From Lama glama (lineage: Eukaryota): a stretch of DNA of 64,000 bases. The position numbers and the translations under genes were made by a program. The stretch spans positions 22,198,001-22,262,000 of the forward strand of contig CM052832.1 of NCBI GenBank assembly GCA_028534125.1. The letters run 5' to 3'. The notes beneath the pieces are model-generated. The model did not search any database and was not told the origin of the DNA. It saw nothing but the letters and a program-made list of their open reading frames with translations. This document shows, piece by piece, positions 51,350 to 61,949 of the stretch (positions are counted from its first letter, which is position 1; every line of letters starts with the position of its first letter).

Positions 51350-52974
51350 GTAAGCTTCCTCTAGTGGTGATGTCTTTTCCTTAGTAACTGGATGCCTGGA
51401 TGCGTATCATCTTCTAGGTCCCGGCAGGAGTAGGGGTTGAGGTGGGAGCGGGAGCGATGTTTTGAAAAATCATACGACAGAAGTCTTCCCATGAAAGCAA
51501 ATACTTCAATATACAGGAACTTCTGGCCATAAAATGGTTTTATTTTTGTATTGCTTACAGAGGGTGTTTGCAACACAAAAGGACTTTTAGGAGCAATGTT
51601 TAGTACCTTAAGAGATGAAAACATTTTTAATCATTAAAGGCTGTAAACGCAGCCTACTAATTACAGGAGATGATGATTGTTAATTAATATAAGACTTCAT
51701 TTTGCTTACACTCTAATTTCTCATTTCATTATCCTGCACCTAGAAATAATTCAGACTCTGAGCAGCCAGGAAAATTGCAGCCCCAGGAACTGGCCTGTTG
51801 GAGATTGCTCTAACCTCGCACGTCTGATCCAGTTAAATTAGTTTGTGTAAAGTCCTTGTTGAATGTTGTAAATTTGGTTCTCCAGCTTTTTCGGGTAGCC
51901 TTCAGTGGTTCCTAGACTGTTCCTAACATTTGCTGGCTGTAGAGCAATGATAATAATAGAATACAGACGATGCCGGTCCTCCGAGAATGAGATGAATGTG
52001 TGTATGAGTAATTACAATTCCGCGTATTCTAACTGTCAAATACAAACGCTTGTATTTTACTTCATTTCAACATTTGACAATGATTGTAGCTTTCCTTATT
52101 CAGGGGCCAAGAGCTTTTAATGAACTTTGTTGGACTGTGTTTTAGATATGGATTTGGGAGCTCCAGCATAACTGTGCACTCATTCTTGAATCCATCTCCT
52201 ATTATTTCAGGAGCCCTACTATGTGCCAGTAGGTGCTGTGGCTACCACAGTGAACTAAAGTCCCCCCACCATGAAATTCTTATTTTCATTAGATGGAGGT
52301 TTGTTGCAATACATGTGTGAACAAGATGGATAACTGATGACTATTCAGTCTGCTTAGCACACTTCGTATAGTGTACGTATTTGTGCATTGAAACCAGTGA
52401 AGATGTTTTTTCTCCCATTCATATACCACCTTGGATCATAAAACTAAAAACCAGGAGGATAAACTTAAGAAACAAAGGCCAGCATTTTGTAAACATATTC
52501 AGAGTATTATTTTAAAAATGTCTTTAGTTCAGTTGATCTCGACAGGCCTTAAAAGCATTGATTTATGTAAAGCCCTTCTCTTGGGTGACCTGGAGATGTT
52601 TTTCACAAATGAGTTGGGGGGATGGAGAGGAGAGGGGTGATAGTACAGTATTTCCTTTTTTTTTTCCCTGAAAGGAGAATGAACTCCAACAGTCATGAAG
52701 TGTGTCAGGCCCAGGAAGTTACCTAATAAAATCTCTTACGTGCGTCCCAGTACGTCCCAGGGACGGACCTCTAGCCTCTGTCTGAGGAACTCAGAGCTCA
52801 GGAGGAGCCCTTAGCATCCCAGGCAGCCCTGGGAAGCCCTCGTGCTTTGGGGCTGTCCCACCTCTAAGAGTCATTGTTTCAATGCTGCCCTTGGTGCTGG
52901 AAATTAGGCCTCTTTCTGGAGCCAGATCTAGTTCCATGTGTCAGAAGACCTACAAATGAGTGTATTCTTTGACC

Positions 52975-53145
52975 CAGCATTTTCCATCTCAAGAGAATTC
53001 TGTTTGTCTGTAAGATGGACATCATGATGCTTACGTGATAGACTTGGGGGAATCGAGAGAGGACACCTGTAAAGCCTGAGCAGAGGCTTGGCACACAGTG
53101 AGCACTCAGTAAATGGTACCTGCTCTTATTAGCATAGTTATTACT
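52975..53145 (+). mobile_element. MIR
   Basis: tctgtaagatgg...tggcacacagtgagcactcagtaaatggta. Confidence 0.65.
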
Positions 53146-53662
53146 GTCACTCAAAGGAATAATTGGGAAACAGTGCAGAGACTTTTCTACAAGGGTGTAT
53201 GGTCACAAGTGCTTACAGTAGCGGGGGCAGGAGACTAACTTTTCTCTAATTAAAATCGTTTAACTTTAGTTTAATACTTACTGACATGGAAAAAAAAATC
53301 CTGCTATGTTACTAAATGAGAAAAACAGGCTATTGAAAATATAAGTATGGATATATATGAATGGAAAAAGACTTGGAAGGATATGTGCCAAGTTTTTAAA
53401 CAGTACTTTTTGTTGGGAGATGTTTAAGAAAAATCTGACTTTGCTTAGTTGGTCTTTAAAATTTTTTCTACAGTGAACGTGTACCTTTTCTATGATAAGA
53501 AAACCATAATGGTATTTTTAGTTGAAAATAGAAGTCAGATGGCTGGTATCCTTTATCCCCTGTGTCCCTGAGGTATATACTGCCTGCATGCGTGGAGTAA
53601 AAGGTTTTTTTTCTTTTCTAACCCACCCCCACCCCTTCCCTGGCGACTTCCTTGGAGCGCAG

Positions 53663-53814
53663 ATGAGGAACAACTACAGACATTACTTCCTTTCTTCGAA
53701 AGCCCTCAAGGCTGTCTATGACACGGGCACCTGGGCTGCCACGCAGCTGGCCATCTCGTACACAGTTGCACCCTTCGTTCTGCTGGCCGTTGAACCGACC
53801 ATCAGCTTATACAA
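53663..53814 (+). CDS. MBOAT1: MBOAT1 coding exon 12
   Basis: Acceptor ggagcgcag, donor AA|gtaagt; 152 nt; encodes MRNNYRHYFLSSKALKAVYDTGTWAATQLAISYTVAPFVLLAVEPTISLY(K); no stop codon, so a further exon is required. Confidence 0.95.
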
Positions 53815-54464
53815 GTAAGTTTCTGTTGTTCCCGACGGCTGTGTGGTCAACGTGTGTTCTCTGTGTTTGACTTGGGAGTGGGCGAAGGGAAATGAACCTG
53901 TACTGACAATTGCTGTGTATGGTTTCAGTGTGAAAACGTCTAGAGAAAGCATTAGGAGGAAGTGGCTGTGCTGAGACACTAACAGGTCATTGTGCAGATG
54001 AGCAGAGTTGACTGGGAGCCCTTCAGCTGCTCCTCACACAAGTCAGGGATGCTTAGGGCAGGGATTTTGGAAGGGATGTGTCTAAATGACCAACAGCAGG
54101 TGAGTTCACTGGCCTTGCCTCTTTTTGCTAAGATTAGGCTGTGGGGCATTCTGAGTGCAGGACAGACGCGGGCGGGGGCTGGGCACTGACCTGATGGTCC
54201 AGCAGAGGGCTTTGTGCTCCCCTGAGATGGCAGTTCCAGCAAGTGCCTGTGGGGGCGCCCTTGTATATGGTGGAGGAGAGTAGGATGCAGCATTGAGGGT
54301 GGGGCCTGGGGGGGGGTCACACCACAGACAAGAGGCCTTTAGGAAAAGGGTATCTGCCCCTCATACTCAAACACCAGCCCTCCAGATGAACTGCACCCCT
54401 ATTCTTGCTTGCTTTTATTGTTTCACTCTTGTGGAATTCGTTGCATTTCTCTGCTCTTGGAGAA

Positions 54465-54645
54465 ATGGTTCTGTGACCCCTGGCACATTATTAACCTCTT
54501 TACCTGTGTCTTCTCAACTGTAAAATGAGGGTAAGAATAGAATTCATTTCAAAGCACCTCTGTTAGGATTGGGCAAGGCAGGTGTGCCCAGGGCTCAGTC
54601 CCAAGGTCTGGCGTGTAGTCTGCACTCGATAAATACTAACTTGTC
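54465..54645 (+). mobile_element. MIR
   Basis: tgtgaccc...ttaacctct...ctgtaaaatgagggtaagaatag. Confidence 0.7.
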
Positions 54646-55474
54646 TTACTGACTGATTTGTGGGGACTTTTGTAGATTAAGTATGGGACACAGCTACCAT
54701 CAGAAAAGTGGCTTAGAAATAAATAGGACAAGCATGCCTTGTTTGTACGTCCAGGATTGGATGCACTGGTCAGGGGTGAAGAAACCTTCACAACCCAGTC
54801 CAGGTATCAGTGTCTAGAAGTGGGGGGATTTTTTTCAGGTTATAGGAAAAGAAGATAGAGGGAACTATGCAACACTCATCAACAAAGTCTGTTTCTGTAA
54901 TACAGTTAGGGCGTGGGGGTTCTGCCAGTGTAACATGGAAGTGGGCTGGTGTAGACACACGTTTTTCTAGGCAAAGGTTGCCAGGATGGTGGAAAAAGAA
55001 TTACAAGCCTCAGTAGAAAAAGCCCTCAGTTCAGCTGCTACAGAAGAAGGAGCGCTGAGTCCCCGCAGCTCTATCTGGAGAAAATCAAGTGCCTTCCCTG
55101 GGTGCCTTCCCCCAAGAGGCACCCCCGCCCCCGGCTCCATCTTGATGGTACCTCCTCGGCGCCCTCCCTCCAGCGCCCCCACCAGCTCACAGCTCCACTT
55201 CCTTTCCCCTGTCTCAGTGCCCTCCAGCCCACCTTGCCCTTCATCAGCCCAGTTGCGGATCGGCCTGGGCTGTCCAAGGGTTTGGCTTTGGTACTAACTG
55301 TCTTTGTGAGGCACTCTGGTTACAGAGTCTCATAGAATTTGAGTTGTCTGCTTCTAACTTGTAACCCTGAGCCCTTCTGCTCACTTTTTCGTTTGAGGTA
55401 CCCAACCTCCTCCACGCCCTCCCCGGCTAGGGGAGAGAGAGCGCTGCTACTGATGGTGAGGAGATGATTGTTTT

Positions 55475-55588
55475 ATTTATTTTAGTGATTTTTTGTTTTT
55501 GTTGTTGTTAGTGGAGGTACCGGGGATTGAACCTTGAACCTTGTGCATACTAAGCATGCGCCCTACCACTGAGCTAGACCTCAACCCC
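55475..55588 (-). mobile_element. tRNA-Ala-derived camelid SINE (vic-1 type)
   Basis: tRNA-Ala-like head, A-rich tail; TSD gagatgattgtttt (55461) and gagatgagtatttt (55589). Confidence 0.9.
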
Positions 55589-56161
55589 GAGATGAGTATT
55601 TTGTAAAGAAACGGAACAAAGTGAAATAGAAACTGTGTTATGTTAAACCAGATTTTTTTTAGGGAGGCACTTTTTTTTTTTTCCCATAACAGGCATTGAA
55701 ACACATTGCCTTGCATTCCTTAAGTAAAGTAAGTGGAATGAGGCTTCCCCCAGTGTTTGAAAAATCTGTCACTGTGTAGACTAATAATTAAACAAGAACT
55801 AGAGAGAGACCAAAAAAAAAAGGAAGAAACAACAGCAGCAACAGAAAACCCACCCCAGCCCTGGTATTTTAGCACATGATATTGCCAGATGTGAGGCTTT
55901 TTAAGGAATTATATGGATTACATTATACCAGAAATGCCTGCATTCAGTGCAATACCACTCAATACCTACAGGATGCTGGGCAGTATCCTAGAATCTGGGG
56001 GTAGATGGGTGAGCAAAAGACAGAAATCACCCCTGCTTCCACGGAGTGGGTAGTTTGATGGAAGCAACAGGAGATAATCGACATATTTGTAAATATCCAC
56101 TAGGATCATACTTTGAATAGTACAAAGATTTATGTGAGCATGGAACAGGAAGCCAACTTGG

Positions 56162-56661
56162 NNNNNNNNNNNNNNNNNNNNNNNNNNNNNNNNNNNNNNN
56201 NNNNNNNNNNNNNNNNNNNNNNNNNNNNNNNNNNNNNNNNNNNNNNNNNNNNNNNNNNNNNNNNNNNNNNNNNNNNNNNNNNNNNNNNNNNNNNNNNNNN
56301 NNNNNNNNNNNNNNNNNNNNNNNNNNNNNNNNNNNNNNNNNNNNNNNNNNNNNNNNNNNNNNNNNNNNNNNNNNNNNNNNNNNNNNNNNNNNNNNNNNNN
56401 NNNNNNNNNNNNNNNNNNNNNNNNNNNNNNNNNNNNNNNNNNNNNNNNNNNNNNNNNNNNNNNNNNNNNNNNNNNNNNNNNNNNNNNNNNNNNNNNNNNN
56501 NNNNNNNNNNNNNNNNNNNNNNNNNNNNNNNNNNNNNNNNNNNNNNNNNNNNNNNNNNNNNNNNNNNNNNNNNNNNNNNNNNNNNNNNNNNNNNNNNNNN
56601 NNNNNNNNNNNNNNNNNNNNNNNNNNNNNNNNNNNNNNNNNNNNNNNNNNNNNNNNNNNNN
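56162..56661. other. Assembly gap (exactly 500 N)
   Basis: Run of N of the same round length as the first gap. Confidence 0.99.
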
Positions 56662-57984
56662 CTGGAGGCAGCCACTGTCACCTCCTTCGGCTACAGCCTT
56701 CCAGAGAGGTTCTGCCCCCCGCATCTGGCTTTGCGGAAATGCCACGAGCACTTCTCCACGTTGTTCCATACACTTCCCAAAGGCTGTTTCTGATAGCTGC
56801 ATGCTCTTTTGCGAATGAGTGCACCAGAGTTTTAGAAAACAACCGCCGCTCCTTGGTGGACCCTGGTTGTTGCTTCATTAAAAATATTCCTTCCAGAAAA
56901 TTGTTAAACTCATGAAAAGACTAAAAGCCCCCAGAATCCCAGCACCTGTTGACATTTTATTATATTTATAGTTTTTCTCTTATAGTTACATTTTTCTTAT
57001 TCTTTTTAGAGGTACTTATTTTGACAAAAGCCTAATACTTCCTGCAGAGTTTGGGATTTTATTTTTTACTTAACTTTACGGCGTGAGCGTGTCCTCGAGC
57101 CATTAAATCCTCCATCCCTTTCTCTTCTGCTCCAGTGAGCACACCGAGGAGCGAGAACCAGTGAGGCTGTAATGGGGGTTGACGCTAGCATGGTCTAATA
57201 ATTTAGTTAATTTTTCACAGGTAAATAAATTGCTAACTTTAGCTCTTTAAGAAATTACTTTGACTCATCCCATGACCCATCAGCGCGTGGGAAGCCGAGG
57301 CCGCCTCCTCCAGGCCATTTCACCCACCACCTGCTCTGCCTGCTACGTGACTCCGCAGAGCCCCTCAGGAAGCAGGAGTGTTGGGGAAGGAAATAGGAGC
57401 CTGGAAAGTGAAACAACTCTTTTGGTCTATCAAGTGGAACCACCTTCAAAAAACTCCCAAGCAGAAAAGATTCACTTTTTGTAACAGAAGTTCACTGCCT
57501 TCTTAGGGTGGCCAGACTCGACCTGCTGTTAATATATTTTTTTCTCAACTAAAATTGAGAAAGACTAGGGGAAAGATTAGGAGAAAGAATCCCTCAGAAC
57601 ATAAATGAAGTACATAAAACTTCAAAGCTTGCTGGGACCTTTACAAATCTATAATCCACAAGCTGATTTTGCATCAAGAGATCTCATGAATGAAGTCTTG
57701 AAACTGAACAAGTTTTGTCAACGCTCAATACAGCTGAAGTTGAAATCTAGCTAACATAACTGTGGTCTTTTTAAAACGTGTAAAAACTTGAAATACTGAC
57801 TTATAAACTGGATTCTAATTTGGACTTGGGGAAGAAACCTCAATAAGCAAGCACAGAACAGCCCTGAACTGAATTATGAGTGTAGTGTATGCTCTGTATT
57901 AAACGCATTTATAACACATAAACTCACCACAGTTGTTTGAACTTCAGTCCTTATAAGGGAGAATGTGAGAAATATTTCAAGAAG

Positions 57985-58512
57985 AAAGCACAACTATAAA
58001 ACTCCTAGAGGAAAATACAGGCAGAGCACTCTTGGACATACAATACAACAATATATTTTTTGAACCAGCTCCTGTAGTAATGGAAATAAAAGCGAAAATA
58101 AACAAATGGGATCTAATTAAAAGCTTTTGCACAGGTATGGATACCATCAACAAAATGAAAAGACAACCTATAGAAAGGGAGAAAATATTTGCAAATGATG
58201 CGACCGACAAGGGACAAATTTCCAAAATATACAAACAGCTTATACACCTTAATATCAAAAAACAAGGAACCCAATCAAAAAAATGGGCATCAACAGATGA
58301 CTGGATAAAGAAATTGTGGTATATTTATACAATGGAATACTACTCAGCCATAAATAATAATAAAATAATGCCATTTGCAGCAACACGGATGGGCCTGGAG
58401 ATTGTCATTCTAAGTGAAATAAGCCAGAAAGAGAAAGAAAAATGCCATATGATATCACTTATATATGGAATATTAAAAAAAAGAACACACATGAACTACT
58501 TATTATTTACAA
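57985..58512 (+). mobile_element. L1 ORF2 fragment with internal deletion and no poly(A) tail
   Basis: ORF 58032-58517 reads KAKINKWDLIK...KKWA then directly STDDWIKKLWYIYTMEYYSAI. Confidence 0.93.
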
Positions 58513-58765
58513 CCTAGATGATTGATTTCTTGAATATGTGTAAGCACATTTGACTGTCCGTTATGACTGGATTACCGCATTCTGTTGATTGTTATTTTGT
58601 GATTGGCTTTAGTCCTTTGATAACTGTGTAAGTTTAAAAAACTACAGCTCTAAACTATTCTTAGAAACAATGAACAGTACATGTATGTAAATTTAAAAAA
58701 ATATGTGCAGTATCTGTATTTACATGCAATATATTGTATATATGCAAATTGTATCAAATTTACCT

Positions 58766-58771
58766 AATAAA
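58766..58771 (+). promoter_or_regulatory. Candidate polyadenylation signal AATAAA
   Basis: Canonical hexamer preceded by several TGTA motifs (CFIm-type UGUA) in an AU-rich segment. Confidence 0.45.
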
Positions 58772-59211
58772 ACAGAAAGATGGGGGAAAAAAAGGAAGCA
58801 CAATTTAAAACCCCAAAGTGCTGTCTTTTGGATGTTGCTGAATCACTGCTTCCTTCAGTTCTGAAGCACTGAGCGCGGTAGAATTACAAGAAAGTGCTGA
58901 CAGGAGCTTTGGAGCTGAGCAGATGGAGGGCTTCGTGCAAGGTCTCCAGCCTTGGAGCAGCCTGGGAACCCACCGAGTGGATGGCTTCTTGGTTAATATT
59001 TTCCAGCATTAGAATATTAAGTCTCAGGACTTACTTGAAGTCTACGTTTACGCAGTCTCTCTAGAGGTACATTTAAGAAAAAACAAGGAAGCAGTCAAAA
59101 GGCATTAGGAATGACCGAGCTTCTTTCAATTATAAAAGATAAATCATCTCAGTCCAAAGATCAAATGGAATACGATTTGAATGTGGATGGCTTTTCTGAA
59201 GTGGTGTAAAG

Positions 59212-59246
59212 TAGTGACATCTTGTGGACATTTAAGGTAATTGCAG
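59212..59246 (-). promoter_or_regulatory. CTCF motif (reverse) with upstream motif
   Basis: Minus strand CTGCAATTACC-TTAAA-TGTCCACAAGATGTCACTA: near-consensus core plus a TGCAAT upstream element at typical spacing. Confidence 0.55.
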
Positions 59247-60794
59247 GCAACTGTTGCATTACAAATCCATTCATTCATTCATTTGCTCTTAATATCTTCA
59301 GCCCTTCATTTATTCATTCACTCACTCTCTGAATAAGCAGCAATTTCCACCTTAACCTCTGGTGTTCCTTTTAAACAGTAAATGGTAGTCTTTCAGAATG
59401 AAGGTCAGATTTTAATGACTGTTCCTGTAAGGTCAAATACTGCCCTATCCTCTCTCTACCTTAAAACCAAGAAAAACAGGAGGGTATATGGAAAGGACCA
59501 TTGCTGTTGGATGCAAAATAGCTTTGTTTAAGGCAAGTTTCTGCTTCTTACTGGCTGTGTGACCGCGGAGAGAGTGGGCCAGTGCTTCCTCTTACGTAGA
59601 ATGCCAGTCAGAGTTGTGGAGGTTAAAAGTGAGTTAAGCCCTGATGGGAATAGTTAAGGTGACAGATTTCTAAAATGATGATATTGTGGAAATAATGAAG
59701 TCATTGTGATATGGAGCCATGTCAGGTCTTTAGATATCAATTTTCTCACCCATAAGAGGTGAGTATTAAACAAGCTGACCTGCAAGGTTGCTTCCGTTTC
59801 TAACATGCTACAATTTGATATTTTTCTTCACGTTCCCTTGAGTCCTTTTATTTCTAGGAGTGAGCGCCCTACCCCGTGGTTCTGCTGGTCTAACTTACGT
59901 GGCTTATAACTTTGGAGTATTTTGTGTCCTGGGTAATAAGTTCCGAGTGGCCAATTTCTAAAGGGATAGATAAGCATATTATATATTATCTTTCATCACT
60001 GACATTCCAGGATTATGGTTGGGGCAGTTGGGCAAGTTTCATTAATTTAGAAAGAAATAGGTAAGCATTGTAGCAAATATTCAAAGCTCCCTGGTGTGTC
60101 CAACAGTCCTGTTCACACGGGGAGTTAAGTAGTGGGCATCTTCCTCTTTTGGGCCAAGATTACTGGACAAGCAATGCAGTACATTAATCTTTCTTTCTGC
60201 ATTTCCCTTCCCAGCTCACTTCTTTCTCAGCAAAACAAGGCACTTGGATAAAATTCACAATTGGGTTTATGCCTCAGTCATAGGGAAAAATGTTAGAAAG
60301 CAACATATCTTTTGGGCAAGTTTATTCTTTCATTCCTCCCTCCTTTCCTCTTTTTGTTTCTCGTGATTCGTTTTCTAAACGTCACAAGAATAGTTTCAGT
60401 CGCTCGTGAAGAGGTGATATTGCATTTCACCCCAGACTTTATTTGTAATCGGCAGTTCATAAAACCCATTCCCATACAGCCTCTCTTTTGCTTCCCAGAC
60501 CCAGAAAGCAAGGTGAGTGGGACCAGATGTGACTATGCATTTTTAAGTTAGGAACCTAAAATCTGAACAAACTGAGTAACTTTCCTATGGACACACACAC
60601 AGTGAATGACAATGTCAGCATTGGAACCCCGAGCTGCCCTCTTGGGTATCGCCAAACGGGGCAAAATTCATTTCAAGAATTGTATCAAAAACTCTTCTTG
60701 TGCTGTTAGCTTGGAGAAACCATGGTTAGAATGGTTCTGAAGCCTTGTTAATTTCCACATGAGGATGATCCCTTTAGAAAGACAGAAAGGCCAC

Positions 60795-61170
60795 AGGTTG
60801 CGTCTTTCCGGAAGCAGACCTCCCTGAGGTGGAGATTTCATGCCAAATAACAGTACTAGGTTTGGGAAGCGATACCAGGAAGGATTTGAAATGGGGAAGT
60901 GAGACACCGTAGGGATGGAAGCTAATCGGGGTGCACTCATTGGTAGATTTCCACTGTGGGCACCTGGGGCTCAGTCTGCTGGGAATCCTGGGAGACAGTG
61001 TAAAGCACACTTCAGAGTTATCCCACCCGAGAAGAGGAGACTGAGGTATTGATGAACTAACTCATGTGCCACTGAAACAACGCTCCAGCAGCATGGCAGG
61101 TCAAGCACACTCAGCAGGGAGAGGCGCCCCGAGCAGAGGTGCAGGGGGACTGCAACCAGAAGCTGCTACA
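60795..61170 (-). mobile_element. Degenerate ERVL-class LTR (LTR16/LTR33-like)
   Basis: ggaagcagacctccctgaggtggagattt...tttgggaagcgataccaggaag pattern. Confidence 0.5.
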
Positions 61171-61949
61171 CCTCCAGGAAGGGCAGCGCTGACAGCATGT
61201 GGGCAGGCACTGGCCACGCCCTCATCAGTTACACTGATCTTCCTTGTCTGGTGGCGTTACGACTGGGAGTCACACGTCTAGCACCATGCAACATGGTGAG
61301 GGACACATGAGATACATGTAAAGATCCAGAACCTCTACCTATCACAATAAGCTAATTTAAAATTCACTTATATGTGAGACAAGCCACACTGTAAGACAGT
61401 TTAGTAGGGAGAGGCAAGACAAGGCAGATGGATATCAAATACTGTAAGAGTTCAGAGAAGGGAGAGATGGGAAAACCTTGCTGAGGAAGAACTTCGAGGG
61501 CTGGTGGGATTTGGGTGGGGAGAGTGGAGACCGAAGGTGGGGGGGAATGGAAAGCATAGGCAGGTGTGTACGGATTTCTCAGCTGTCCTCGCGGCAAGGG
61601 GAAACTGAAATCCCACCTCTTTTATCAAATATATGCATATAGCATAAAAGAAAACAATTTAGAGACTCAGGATGCAATGTAAATAATAGTAGATCCAATA
61701 ATACTTTTTAAATAAGTGATAAAATACAGGCTTATGCATACAAAGCTACAAAGGTACTGCTGCTACTAATAAAACAGGTGGGTGGGACACAGTGAAAGCC
61801 TGGCTTAAAGTTCACAGCCTTCAATGTGCATGTTTGTAAAGAACAAGATAGGAAAATAAATGAGCTAAGCATTCATCTCAAGAAGTTAGAATAAGAAAAG
61901 CTAATTAAACTCCACTCCCTATAAAGAAAACTTCAGCTCCTCCCAAACA

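Larger units (their letters stand above)
56662..58790 (+). other. MBOAT1: Probable MBOAT1 3' UTR (part of the terminal exon after the assembly gap)
   Basis: Inference: lies downstream of exon 12, no C-terminal coding exon is visible elsewhere, and it ends in an AU-rich stretch (tgtatatatgcaaattgta...) with AATAAA at 58766. Confidence 0.5.
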
